This document shows positions 9,151 through 19,176 of a DNA stretch of 64,000 bases, piece by piece (the first letter of the stretch is position 1; each line of letters begins with the position of its first letter). Made by a program: the position numbers and the translations under genes. Source of the DNA: Candidatus Thorarchaeota archaeon (GTDB taxonomy: Archaea > Asgardarchaeota > Thorarchaeia > Thorarchaeales > Thorarchaeaceae); assembly GCA_004524445.1 (NCBI GenBank), contig SDNP01000015.1, positions 1 through 64,000 on the forward strand, written 5' to 3'. The notes under the pieces are model-generated. The model saw only the letters and a program-made list of their open reading frames with translations, did not search any database and had not been told where the DNA came from.

Positions 9151-10830
9151 TTACATCATGCCGCCCATGCCGGGCATTCCGCCCATGCCGCCCATACCGC
9201 CCATTCCACCTGGACCGCCGGGACCGCCTTGCGGGGGACCGCCTGCAGTTGCCTTTGCTGCTATGACATCATCAATTCTGATGATCATTTGTGCAGCTTC
9301 AGCAGCAGAGCGAATTGCCTGATGTTTGACCCGTGCTGGCTCAATGACACCTTCTTTCATCATGTCGCTGATTTTCCCAGTGAGTACGTTGACACCTGCC
9401 CAGATACCTTTTTCATCTGAGTGTTCCTTATTCAGGTCCGCAATGATGTCAATGGGGTCATGACCGCCATTCTCAGCGAGCGTCTTTGGAACTATCCTGA
9501 GAGACTCGGCAAATGCTTCAATAGCTAACTGCTCACGACCGCCGAGTTTCTTAGCATATACATCGAGGCGCTTTGAGATTTCAGCCTCAACAGCTCCGCC
9601 GCCGCCAACATATGTACCATCTTCGACTACGTTCCTCACTACACAGAGAGCGTCATGAAGTGCTCTATCAGCCTCGTCAACAACGTGCTCGGTACCACCG
9701 CGGATGACGATGGATACTGCCTTTGGATCGGCACAGTCTTTGATGTAGACCATCTTGTCATTGCCAATCTTGACTTCTTCCACATTGCCTGCGCTGCCCA
9801 AATAGGTTTCATCTAGCTCATCAAGACCTGAAGCGACCTTGCCGCCAGTGGCCTTTGCTAGTTTCTCAAGAGTGCTCTTCTTTGCTCGGCGGACTGCTAG
9901 AACTCCAGCCTTTGCTAAGAAGTGCTGAGCAACATCATCGATACCCTTCTGGCAAATCAAAACGTTTGCGCCTGTGTCAAGTATCTTTTCGACCATCTGC
10001 TTCAGCATGCCTTCTTCCTGATCCAAGAATGCCTTTATCTGATCAGGAGTTTCAATCTTTATCTCAGCATCAAACTCTGTCTTCTCTACTTCAATAGCTG
10101 AGTTGATTAGAGCAATCTTTGCGTCAGAAATCTTTCGTGGCATTGATGCGTGGACTACTTCCTTATCGACAACCATGCCGTTGACAAGTTCAGTTTCTGT
10201 CAGGCTCTTGCCTTGCTTCTTGGTAATCTCAATCATATCGATATCAGCAACAGTCTTGCCGTTTACGTCCTCCTTGATTTGAAGAACTGCATCGACTGCG
10301 ACCTTGGCAAAGTGGTCCTTTGCTGCACTGATTGACTTGCTGTTCATCGAGGTCTGCGCAATACTCATGAGAACTTTCTTGTCCATTCCCTCCATGGAAA
10401 CAGCCATCTCTTTGAGAGCCTTAGTTGCCTCATCAGATGCCTTCTGATAACCACCCACGATTGTAGTGGGATGAATTTTCTTCTCGAGCAGGTCTTGGGC
10501 TCTCTTAAGAAGCTCACCAGCGATGACCACACTAGTTGTGGTACCGTCGCCAGTTTCCTGATCCTGACTCTTTGCTACTTCAACAAGCATCTTAGCTGCG
10601 GGATGTTGTACATCAATCTTCTTCAAAATAGAAGCGCCGTCGTTGGTAATAGTGACATCACCCAGTGAGTCCACGAGCATCTTATCCATACCTCGTGGGC
10701 CTAGTGTGGACTTGACAGCGTCGGAGATCACAATGCCAGCCATGATGTTATTTTGCTGTGCGGACTTTCCGCGGGAACGTTGTGTTCCTTCTTTCAATAT
10801 TAGAATCGGTTGTCCTGATAATTGTGACAT
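9151..10830 (-). CDS. ths: Thermosome (group II chaperonin) subunit
   Basis: Start [15 protein letters not shown]; [30 protein letters not shown]-repeat tail. Confidence 0.97.
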   Translation of the reverse strand: MSQLSGQPILILKEGTQRSRGKSAQQNNIMAGIVISDAVKSTLGPRGMDKMLVDSLGDVTITNDGASILKKIDVQHPAAKMLVEVAKSQDQETGDGTTTSVVIAGELLKRAQDLLEKKIHPTTIVGGYQKASDEATKALKEMAVSMEGMDKKVLMSIAQTSMNSKSISAAKDHFAKVAVDAVLQIKEDVNGKTVADIDMIEITKKQGKSLTETELVNGMVVDKEVVHASMPRKISDAKIALINSAIEVEKTEFDAEIKIETPDQIKAFLDQEEGMLKQMVEKILDTGANVLICQKGIDDVAQHFLAKAGVLAVRRAKKSTLEKLAKATGGKVASGLDELDETYLGSAGNVEEVKIGNDKMVYIKDCADPKAVSIVIRGGTEHVVDEADRALHDALCVVRNVVEDGTYVGGGGAVEAEISKRLDVYAKKLGGREQLAIEAFAESLRIVPKTLAENGGHDPIDIIADLNKEHSDEKGIWAGVNVLTGKISDMMKEGVIEPARVKHQAIRSAAEAAQMIIRIDDVIAAKATAGGPPQGGPGGPGGMGGMGGMGGMPGMGGMM

Positions 10831-10932
10831 TTCGATTTCCTCTCTTTTCTTTGTATTTGCGAGCAAAGCCTAGGTCAATTCACTATAGCCTAGAACACAA
10901 TGCTGCTGCGAAAACTGTACATGGACTTCGGG

Positions 10933-10964
10933 TGTTGATATAAAAGGATTTTCGTATATCAACA
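10933..10964 (-). promoter_or_regulatory. Thermosome promoter (BRE/TATA CGAAAATCCTTTTATAT on minus strand) within a perfect 10-bp inverted repeat
   Basis: TGTTGATATA (10933-10942), 12 nt, TATATCAACA (10955-10964); about 100 nt upstream of the start codon. Confidence 0.6.
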
Positions 10965-11050
10965 GGTGGTTCTCGGTGCTCAAAACCTTTTGTAAGAAAA
11001 GACTCAAAAACCTCGGATACATAGAATAAACGATAGTGAACTGTATGGGT

Positions 11051-11152
11051 ATGAAACCAAAATGCAAAAAATGCGGAAAAGAATTCGACACTCAAGAAGA
11101 ATTAGAGGAACACATTAAGGAGCATCATGCTGAAAAAGCGAAAAAGGCGTAG
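11051..11152 (+). CDS. Single C2H2 zinc-finger microprotein (33 aa; alternative ATG 11045)
   Basis: MKPKCKKCGKEFDTQEELEEHIKEHHAEKAKKA fits C-x2-C-x3-F-x5-L-x2-H-x3-H exactly. Below the ORF-track size cut-off. Confidence 0.85.
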   Translation: MKPKCKKCGKEFDTQEELEEHIKEHHAEKAKKA

Positions 11153-11382
11153 TAGGCGCCTAATGTTCTAAGAATATGCTATTGTTCCTCTTAGGTATAT
11201 TCTAATAGTCACCGAAGACAGGAACGATTCAAGTTGGCAACTTCCAACCCTGCTTAGATGCATTTAGTAGGATAACATCGGACAGAGGATAGCGAACCTG
11301 AATGCCCATCTCAAGGTGGAAGGGGTATATTCCCATAGTAGAATAGTTTAGATTGGACTTCAACCTATGAGTAGTGAAATAG

Positions 11383-11511
11383 ATGAAAATTAAGCCCGAG
11401 TGCCATGTTTGCGACAAGAAATTCGACTCCGTTCAGGAGCTAGAGGAACATCTCCGGGAGCACCACAAAGAAGAGAAAGGTAAACAATCATCAGAATTCG
11501 AAACAACTTGA
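11383..11511 (+). CDS. Single C2H2 zinc-finger microprotein (42 aa), paralog of 11051-11152
   Basis: MKIKPECHVCDKKFDSVQELEEHLREHHKEEKGKQSSEFETT has the same exact C2H2 spacing. Confidence 0.85.
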   Translation: MKIKPECHVCDKKFDSVQELEEHLREHHKEEKGKQSSEFETT

Positions 11512-11550
11512 GGTTTATTTGGGGGGCTTACAAAATGCGGGCCTTGAGAT

Positions 11551-12477
11551 TCAGCCAGGAGTCCTGAACTCAATCAGATTACTCTCTTCCAAGAATTCTA
11601 GCAATCGATATACTACGTTCCTCAGTTCATATCCAGTCTCAGCATCCTTGAGCGATGTGATATCTGTGGTTGCACCTCTTCCCTTACTGGCATCGGCTGG
11701 TTTAATGACAACAGCAGAGTCAATTCCTTCCACCACTTGTCTTGCTTCTTCCCATATTTCGGTCATAGCGTCCTCTGGCACGGGCAATCCTCCAAGTTTG
11801 AGCATGGTCTTTGTGACAATCTTTGATTGGGCAATCTTCATGCCTACAAAAGATGTGGAGTCAGTAATGGTTGCTTCAATTTTTCTGCTTTTTGACCCAT
11901 AGCCAAATTGCACCAGATTGTATTGATTAAGGCGCATAGCGGGAATGTCAAGTTCTTTCGCCGCTGAAACAATAGATTGTGTACTGGGGCCCAGAGAGTA
12001 GAGATAATGATCCCTTTCCAATTTATCGATATTCTGTGAAATAATCCTTGGCTGTCCTTCTTTCAGTTCGTTTAGGATATCAACCGCATCATAGATGGCA
12101 TTACTTACAACTCTCTCAGCATCCATCTGCAAAACAAACTCAATGAACTGACCATTTTTCTCAATATCCTTCAGGATTTGATATTGTTCTCCAGTTGCCT
12201 TTTGCAGGAGTTCAATTGTAAGCATTGGCAAGAGGGGCCAAAGCGGTACTTGTTGACCATTCCACTCCTCATGCTCAAGTTCACTATCTAGTCCACTCTC
12301 AATCTTTTCGAGAATCGAGTGAAAGTCCTCTTGCGAAACAACGTCGTCATTACTCACTTCTACCTTGGGCTTGATACTCGCGTGTTCAGACGAATAAATA
12401 CTCGGACCCAGGTAGCTTTGGACATCTACAAGTTTCAATTTCCTCAGTCCCACGACAAAGTTTTGGGAGGTGTCCAT
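11551..12477 (-). pseudogene. cphA: Truncated cyanophycin synthetase (N domain plus start of ATP-grasp domain only)
   Basis: LGPSTQSIVSAAKELDIP..RLNQYNLVQFGYG.K.RKIEATIT..TS..GMKIAQSK..TK.ML..GGLPVP...VVIKPADASKGRG. Ends at 308 aa, versus roughly 870-900 aa for intact CphA1. Confidence 0.75.
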
Positions 12478-12664
12478 GGCCTAGACAAATAGACCTGCAA
12501 TCATTCAATATTTCAGTTCTCTATGATTCAAATAGAGTTGTGATTTTCTATAGTGAAATATCCTGTGACTGCGGCTTTATTTCTGTCAGATTGCAAAAGG
12601 ACGTAGAAGAACAAATATAATCCACGAAACATTTGAAATATCATCTCATTCGAGGGATGGATGA

Positions 12665-14374
12665 TTGGAACTCAATTTCAATATTGGTGGAGCAGCTGGT
12701 CAAGGAATTGATACCATTGGCGATTTGCTCGCCCAGGTCTTCGTACAAGCTGGATACTACACATTTACAATCAAAGACTATTTCTCGCGGATTCGGGGCG
12801 GGTATAATTTCACTCAGGTCCGAGTTTCGGACTCACCCGTACATGCGCCTATTAACCCCATAGATGTAGTAATTGCACTCACGAGAGATGCAGTCACTAG
12901 GCAGCGAGAGAATCTGACTGAAACAGGCAGGATCATCTTTGACGATGCTCTTGAGGTAGATAGTCCAGAGGACTGTCACTTCGCTGCACCACTCTCAAAG
13001 ACTGCCAGAGAGGTTGGCGGAAATGAGAGGATGACTAATGCAGCGGCGCTAGGTGCAACATTGGCCATCCTAAGGGCCCCCTTTAGATTAGCGGAAGAGT
13101 CACTCAATGAGGTTTTCAAGAAAAAGGGCGAAAAGATAGTTCAGGGTAATGTGGAAGTTGCCAAGGCAATGTATGACCGAGCTCAAGAGGAGTTTGTGGG
13201 ATCGTGTCCACAGAATCTTGAGGAAATTGGGGAAGGCCCATGCAAAGACAAGCTACTTATCACTGGCAATCGCGGAATCGCTCTTGGCGCAGCAGCAGCC
13301 AATTTGAAGTGGATTTCTGCGTATCCCATGAGCCCTTCGACGGCAGTGTTTCAAGACCTTGTCGACTGGTCAGAGCGATTGAAGATTGCTGCAATTCAAG
13401 CTGAAGACGAAATAGCAGCACTCACAATGGCAATTGGAGCATCATTTGTGGGAGCAAGGTCCATGGTAACCACTTCGGGCGGTGGCTTCTCATTGATGGC
13501 CGAGTCTCTTGGCCTAGCTGCTGCCAGTGAAACACCGGTGGTCATCTATAATGCACAACGCCCCGGACCAAGCACAGGACTTCCCACCAGAACCGAACAA
13601 GGTGACCTTCTGTTCGTGCTATTTGCTAGTCAAGGCGAATTTCCACGCATAGTTTTTGCACCTAAGGACCCATTGGAGGGTTTTCATGCAACGACCAGGG
13701 CGTTCAATCTGGCTGAAAAATATCAGGTGCCAACAATGATTCTTGGCGACCAACATTTCGCAGATTCAGTGAAGAATATTCCCAAAATCGATGTTTCGAC
13801 GGTAGAAATCAATCGTGGAAAACTTGCAGATGATGGTGACTCCTATCGACGGCATGAGTTCACAGATGATGGAGTGTCACCCCGAGCATTTCCAGGAGAT
13901 CCCAACAGAACAGTCGTATCAACCGGAAATTCACACACACAAGCAGGGCATATATCTGAAGACCCTGAAATAAGGAATAAGATGGTGGAGAAGTTCCAGA
14001 AGAAGATTCCCAGTATTCTCGAAGACATGAATCCTCCGAAGAGATATGGCAGCAAGAATGCGACCAGTACTCTCCTGACATGGGGTTCTTCATGGGGCGC
14101 GGTATATGAGGGAATGCAGATGCTGAATGAAGAGGGACATGATCTAGCCCAACTGCATTTCTGTGACATTTATCCACTGAGAGCAGATGAACTAAAGAAT
14201 GAATTTGAAATTGCCAAATCAATCATATCGATTGAGCAAAATGCAACGTCCCAGTTTGCAAGACTAGTGGCGATGGAAACGGGCCTTGTACCAGATGCAA
14301 CGATCAACAAATATGATGGGCGACCAATGACGCCACAATGGGTGATTCAAAAACTAAAGGAGGGGCATATCTAA
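12665..14374 (+). CDS. korA: 2-oxoacid:ferredoxin oxidoreductase alpha subunit (gamma-alpha fusion)
   Basis: GGAAGQGI, SRIRGG, AYPMSPST, QAEDEIAA, TTSGGGFSLM, QRPGPSTGLPT. Confidence 0.95.
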   Translation: MELNFNIGGAAGQGIDTIGDLLAQVFVQAGYYTFTIKDYFSRIRGGYNFTQVRVSDSPVHAPINPIDVVIALTRDAVTRQRENLTETGRIIFDDALEVDSPEDCHFAAPLSKTAREVGGNERMTNAAALGATLAILRAPFRLAEESLNEVFKKKGEKIVQGNVEVAKAMYDRAQEEFVGSCPQNLEEIGEGPCKDKLLITGNRGIALGAAAANLKWISAYPMSPSTAVFQDLVDWSERLKIAAIQAEDEIAALTMAIGASFVGARSMVTTSGGGFSLMAESLGLAAASETPVVIYNAQRPGPSTGLPTRTEQGDLLFVLFASQGEFPRIVFAPKDPLEGFHATTRAFNLAEKYQVPTMILGDQHFADSVKNIPKIDVSTVEINRGKLADDGDSYRRHEFTDDGVSPRAFPGDPNRTVVSTGNSHTQAGHISEDPEIRNKMVEKFQKKIPSILEDMNPPKRYGSKNATSTLLTWGSSWGAVYEGMQMLNEEGHDLAQLHFCDIYPLRADELKNEFEIAKSIISIEQNATSQFARLVAMETGLVPDATINKYDGRPMTPQWVIQKLKEGHI

Positions 14375-15240
14375 TGGTAAACAGAGATGATTTGGAAGCG
14401 CCTCAAGAGATTCAGTGGTGCCCGGGCTGTGGAAACTTTGGCATCCTGAGGGCACTAAAAGATACCATAATGGAGATTGGAGAGCCGCGTCATAACTACT
14501 TCATCGTATCAGGAATAGGTCAATCGGGAAAGGTTCCTCATTTCATTAACCTGAATGGATTCCATACACTGCATGGTAGACCAATTCCCATCGCTACTGC
14601 CGCTGCGGTCGCAAATCCTGGTCTGAAAGTCATAGTTCATGCAGGAGACGGAGATACATTTGGAGAAGGACTTGGTCATATGCTACATGGTGCAAGGCGA
14701 AACGTAAACATTGCATGTTTCATCCACAATAACGGCATATACGGTTTGACTAAGGGACAATACTCGCCTACAACTCCCCACGGACAGATTACGAAAACCT
14801 CTCCGAAGCCCGTTGGTGTGCCGATGCAAGCTGTAAACCCGATCGGGCAAGCTATTATTGGTGGTGCCACTTTTGTGGCGCGTGGATTTTCAGGTGATAT
14901 GGAACAACTCACAGGATTAATGGTAAAGGCAATTAAGCACAAGGGATTTGCATTTGTTGAGATTATGCAACCATGTGTCGTTTTCAATAAGGTCTGGACT
15001 TGGGATTTCTTCAAAGAGAGAACTTACTCCTTGGATGATGAAAATCACGATTCAAGCGACAAGGTGGCAGCACTGGAAAAATCATTTGAGTGGGGAGAGA
15101 AGATTCCGACCGGGTTATTCTATAAAGAGTCAAGAGTGACATTAGAACACGAGCTCTATACGCCAAGGGAGGGTAGTCTGGTCACTCATGAAACGGATAG
15201 AAGTGATTTACAACAGCTTATAGATGAACTCTCCCTATAG
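14374..15240 (+). CDS. korB: 2-oxoacid:ferredoxin oxidoreductase beta subunit
   Basis: WCPGCGNFGI, GDGD TPP motif, NNGIYGLTKGQ. TAATG stop/start overlap at 14372-14376. Confidence 0.95.
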   Translation: MVNRDDLEAPQEIQWCPGCGNFGILRALKDTIMEIGEPRHNYFIVSGIGQSGKVPHFINLNGFHTLHGRPIPIATAAAVANPGLKVIVHAGDGDTFGEGLGHMLHGARRNVNIACFIHNNGIYGLTKGQYSPTTPHGQITKTSPKPVGVPMQAVNPIGQAIIGGATFVARGFSGDMEQLTGLMVKAIKHKGFAFVEIMQPCVVFNKVWTWDFFKERTYSLDDENHDSSDKVAALEKSFEWGEKIPTGLFYKESRVTLEHELYTPREGSLVTHETDRSDLQQLIDELSL

Positions 15241-15265
15241 GTACTGGTATCATAGAGGCGTCCAT

Positions 15266-16657
15266 ATGACCGATGATAAAAGGGTAGAAAAGGATGTTCT
15301 AGGCGAAGTTGAAGTCCCTGCTGATGCCTATTGGGGCATAAGTACTCAGAGAGCCATTGAGAATTTTAAAATCAGTGGAGAACGAATGCCAGAAAATTTC
15401 ATTCTTGCCTTGGCACAAGTAAAAAAGGCGTGCATCCTTGCTAACATGGAGGGAGGGAATATTAGCCAAAGGGTCGGACAAGCGATTCTAGAAGCTAGTA
15501 ATGAAATGCTAGAAGACCATAAAATGCTGGATCAGTTTCCCATCGATATCTACCAGACAGGAAGCGGAACCCAGACCAATATGTGTATGAATGAGGTCCT
15601 AGCTAATCGAGCAAACCAGATTCTTGGCCATCCGATGGGAATGAAGGAGCCCGTACACCCAAATGATCATGTGAATATGGGGCAGTCATCAAATGATGTC
15701 ATACCGACAGCCATGCACGTAGCAGCCTTGCAGGAACTGAAAGAGCATTTATTTCCAGCTATAGAAAAAGCAATTGAGGTGCTTGACACAAAAATTGCTG
15801 GATTTGAGGGAATAGTAAAGGTAGGGAGAACACATCTTCAGGATGCTGTTCCTATCCCCCTCTCACTGGAGTTCAAAGTCTATCGTGAGCAGTTATCTGC
15901 AACACGGCTAGCTCTTGATGCTGCTCGGGATGAGCTATACACAATTCCCATTGGGGGTACTGCATTAGGAACAGGATTGAATGCACCAGATGGTTTTGCG
16001 GAACAGGTATCTGAGATTCTCTCCAAGATTACCGGCTTTCCCTTCGTAGTAGGTGATGTCAAGGCTGAAGGGATTGCCTCTCATAGGCGGTTTGTTCGAC
16101 TTAGTTCAGGACTAAAGCAATTGGCGCTGTCGCTCATGAAGATGTCAAATGATATTCGCTGGTTGGGCAGTGGGCCCCGTGCAGGTCTTGGCGAGCTTAA
16201 CCTTCCTAAGAACGAACCTGGTTCGAGTATCATGCCTGGAAAAATCAATCCTACACAGAGTGAAGCACTAATCCAAGTTTGCCTCCGAGTCCTTGGAAAT
16301 GACCAAGTGGTAACCATGGGCGAAGGATATGGAAGTGTCCTGGACTTGAACGTGGCGAAACCTCTCATTATAGTGACTGTACTCGACTCTCTGAACATCC
16401 TAACAGGCGGTATATTATCATTCACTAAGAATTGCCTAATAGGATTAGAGGCAGATTTAGCATTAATTGAGCGACAGCTTGAACGGAGTCTCATGACTGT
16501 CACTCGGTTGTCGCCCATAGTGGGATATGATACTGCGAGCAAAATCGCCAAGCATGCACAGGATAACGGACTTACCATAAGAGAAGCGATTGAAGAACTC
16601 GATATCGAGATTGATGGAAATCTCGATCAAATACTTGATCCAGCAGAAATGGTCTGA
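15266..16657 (+). CDS. fumC: Fumarate hydratase class II
   Basis: QTGSGTQTNM, HPNDHVN, GRTHLQDAVP, GSSIMPGKINPTQ signature. Start MTDDK. Confidence 0.93.
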   Translation: MTDDKRVEKDVLGEVEVPADAYWGISTQRAIENFKISGERMPENFILALAQVKKACILANMEGGNISQRVGQAILEASNEMLEDHKMLDQFPIDIYQTGSGTQTNMCMNEVLANRANQILGHPMGMKEPVHPNDHVNMGQSSNDVIPTAMHVAALQELKEHLFPAIEKAIEVLDTKIAGFEGIVKVGRTHLQDAVPIPLSLEFKVYREQLSATRLALDAARDELYTIPIGGTALGTGLNAPDGFAEQVSEILSKITGFPFVVGDVKAEGIASHRRFVRLSSGLKQLALSLMKMSNDIRWLGSGPRAGLGELNLPKNEPGSSIMPGKINPTQSEALIQVCLRVLGNDQVVTMGEGYGSVLDLNVAKPLIIVTVLDSLNILTGGILSFTKNCLIGLEADLALIERQLERSLMTVTRLSPIVGYDTASKIAKHAQDNGLTIREAIEELDIEIDGNLDQILDPAEMV

Positions 16658-16745
16658 TTGAGCTATATGAAGAAATCATTCATAACTGGTTATGTATACT
16701 TAGAACAGAGCTACGCGTGCAATAAAGCTCAGAGGAGAGCTATTT

Positions 16746-18425
16746 GTGACATTCAAACATGACGTTTTGGTCGTTGGTGCAGGTCTTTCAGGACTAAGAA
16801 CAGCCATCGAGCTGGCAGAAGACCATGACGTGGCCATTTTATCGAAAGTATACCCTCTCCGTTCTCACTCTGTTGCTGCACAGGGGGGAATAAATGCATC
16901 ACTAGGTGAAGATGACTCCTGGGAGTCGCACGCATTTGACACTATCAAAGGAGCGGATTATCTTGCGGACCAAGATATCGCAGAGATTCTCGCAAAGGAA
17001 GCACCTAGGACAGTGATAGAAAATGAGCAATGGGGAACCGCCTTCTCAAGAACGGATGAAGGTGAGATTGCCCAAAGGCCCTTCGGAGGAGCCATGTATC
17101 CAAGGACTTGCTATGCTGCCGATAGAACCGGTCACAATCTGCTACATACCACATTCGAGCAATCGCTAAGACTTGGGATTCAACGTTACGATGAATTCTT
17201 TGTCACATCTTTGGTGTCGGATGAGAAGGGTATCCACGGGGTTACGGCATTAGAGTTGTCGACAGGGGAGGTTCATGGGTTTGCTTCCAAAGCAGTTGTA
17301 CTAGCAACAGGAGGTTTTGGAAGAGTCTATGGAAAATCAACCAATGCGCTCATCAATACCGGTGATGGTTGTAGCCTTGCCCTTAGAGCAGGTGTTGCAT
17401 TAAAGGACATGGAATTCGTTCAATTCCATCCCACAACTCTTTGGGGTACAAACATCCTCATAACTGAAGGAGCCAGAGGCGAGGGGGGACATCTGCTCAA
17501 TAAAGAGGGCGAGCGATTCATGTCTGTGTATGCTCCTGAGCAGATGGAGCTAGCACCCCGCGATATAGTCGCGAGAGCAATTAGAACGGAAATCAACCAG
17601 GGAAGGGGAATAGAGGGAGAATACGTCCACTTGGACTTAACTCATCTCGGGAAAGAGAAAATTATGAGCAGATTGCCTGGCATTCGAGACATTGCGATGT
17701 ACTTCGCAGGTGTTGATCCGATTGAAACACCCATTCCCGTTCAACCTGGACAGCACTATTCAATGGGGGGAATAGACTGCAATGAGAAGGGTGAAACATC
17801 CCTTCCAGGACTTTATTCCGTGGGCGAAACGTCTTGCATGAGTGTTCATGGTGCAAATAGGCTAGGCGGGAACTCGCTGCTTGAAACGCTTGTCTTTGGG
17901 CGACTTGTAGGTCAGGCAGTCGCCGAGTACGTGAATGATGCAGCACTCAGTACTGTTCAGCGAGTCGAAGATGGAACGTTCTCAGAACGGGAAAGACTCC
18001 AAAAAATGATTCTTAATGAGAGAGGAGAGTCCGTGGCGGAAGTACGCGAAGAACTCAGTAACACTATGGATGAATTAGTCGGAGTTTTTCGCGAGGAAAA
18101 GGAATTGAGGGCAGCGCTCGATGCTATCAAGGGCTTGCAGAAACGATACGATAATGTCGCCGTAGGAGATAGCGATGAACGGTTCAACTTTGCATTAGTT
18201 CGAGCTCTCGAGCTTGGTAGCATGCTGGATTTGGCTCAAGTGATCACATTGGGAGCACTGAAGCGAACGGAAAGCCGTGGAGCTCACTGGAGGGTGGATT
18301 ATCCAGAAAGAAATGACGATGAGTTTTTGAAACATACAATAGTCACCAGAGAAAATGAAGAACTGGAACTGAAATACTCAGAGGTAACTCTTGGCAAATT
18401 TGAAGTGAAGAAGAGGTCATACTAA
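16746..18425 (+). CDS. sdhA: Succinate dehydrogenase/fumarate reductase flavoprotein
   Basis: GAGLSG, RSHSVAAQGG (covalent FAD His), QFHPT, HYSMGG, HGANRLGGNSL, ESRGAH. Confidence 0.96.
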   Translation: MTFKHDVLVVGAGLSGLRTAIELAEDHDVAILSKVYPLRSHSVAAQGGINASLGEDDSWESHAFDTIKGADYLADQDIAEILAKEAPRTVIENEQWGTAFSRTDEGEIAQRPFGGAMYPRTCYAADRTGHNLLHTTFEQSLRLGIQRYDEFFVTSLVSDEKGIHGVTALELSTGEVHGFASKAVVLATGGFGRVYGKSTNALINTGDGCSLALRAGVALKDMEFVQFHPTTLWGTNILITEGARGEGGHLLNKEGERFMSVYAPEQMELAPRDIVARAIRTEINQGRGIEGEYVHLDLTHLGKEKIMSRLPGIRDIAMYFAGVDPIETPIPVQPGQHYSMGGIDCNEKGETSLPGLYSVGETSCMSVHGANRLGGNSLLETLVFGRLVGQAVAEYVNDAALSTVQRVEDGTFSERERLQKMILNERGESVAEVREELSNTMDELVGVFREEKELRAALDAIKGLQKRYDNVAVGDSDERFNFALVRALELGSMLDLAQVITLGALKRTESRGAHWRVDYPERNDDEFLKHTIVTRENEELELKYSEVTLGKFEVKKRSY

Positions 18426-19171
18426 TGCTCTTGAGAATAGCAAGAAGCCGTAATGGCGGGAAAATTACTCATTATGATTTGTATAAAGTACAAGATAGAC
18501 CGGGAATGACTATACTTGACGCTTTATTCCAGATACAAGATAAAATGGATCCCTCGTTGGCTTTTCGTTACTCCTGTCGAGGAGCAGTCTGCGGAACTTG
18601 TGCCATCCTAATCGACAAAGAGCCGCGACTTGCATGCAAAACGCAGTTAGCAAAAGTCAAAGAACTGAATCAGAGATTGCAGGAGTTTCCTGCACTAACA
18701 AGTTCTCCAAAGGGATGGAATCCCAAAGAAGAAATTCTCATTGAACCATTGCCAAACTTTCCAATTCTGAAAGACCTAGTTGTTGATTTGAAAAGGTTCT
18801 ACGACGCATTAGAAAAAATGAAGCTGTGGGCTAGTCCAGCTAAAGGCAACGAGCCCAGAACACAGAATCCAGCTGAACGCAAGGAGATTGAGAGGTATCT
18901 TCAGTGCATATTATGCGCGATTTGCGTTGCTTCATGCCCGATAAACGCTGAAAAGGAGGAATATCTTGGTCCTGCAGCCCTAGCTAAGGCTTGGAGATTT
19001 GCTGAGGATAGTAGAACATCAAATAGGGGGCATTATCTTGATGCGGCCGCCAGCAACAACGGGGCTGCACTCTGCGAGCTTATTATGAACTGCGTAAAGG
19101 CGTGTCCAAAGGGAGTGGCGCCTGGTGGTGCCATCAGAAAGATAAAGAAAGAGCTTGGGCAAATAGACTGA
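18425..19171 (+). CDS. sdhB: Succinate dehydrogenase/fumarate reductase iron-sulfur subunit
   Basis: SCRGAVCGTC...LAC, CILCAICVASCP, CELIMNCVKACP. TAATG coupling with sdhA. Confidence 0.94.
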   Translation: MLLRIARSRNGGKITHYDLYKVQDRPGMTILDALFQIQDKMDPSLAFRYSCRGAVCGTCAILIDKEPRLACKTQLAKVKELNQRLQEFPALTSSPKGWNPKEEILIEPLPNFPILKDLVVDLKRFYDALEKMKLWASPAKGNEPRTQNPAERKEIERYLQCILCAICVASCPINAEKEEYLGPAALAKAWRFAEDSRTSNRGHYLDAAASNNGAALCELIMNCVKACPKGVAPGGAIRKIKKELGQID

Positions 19172-19176
19172 GTACT

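Noticed and set aside
9085-9420. Plus-strand His/Ala- and Pro-rich ORFs (9085-9420, 9098-9322) with repeats
   Set aside because: Antisense shadows of the thermosome GGM/GGP tail, a well-known chaperonin feature.
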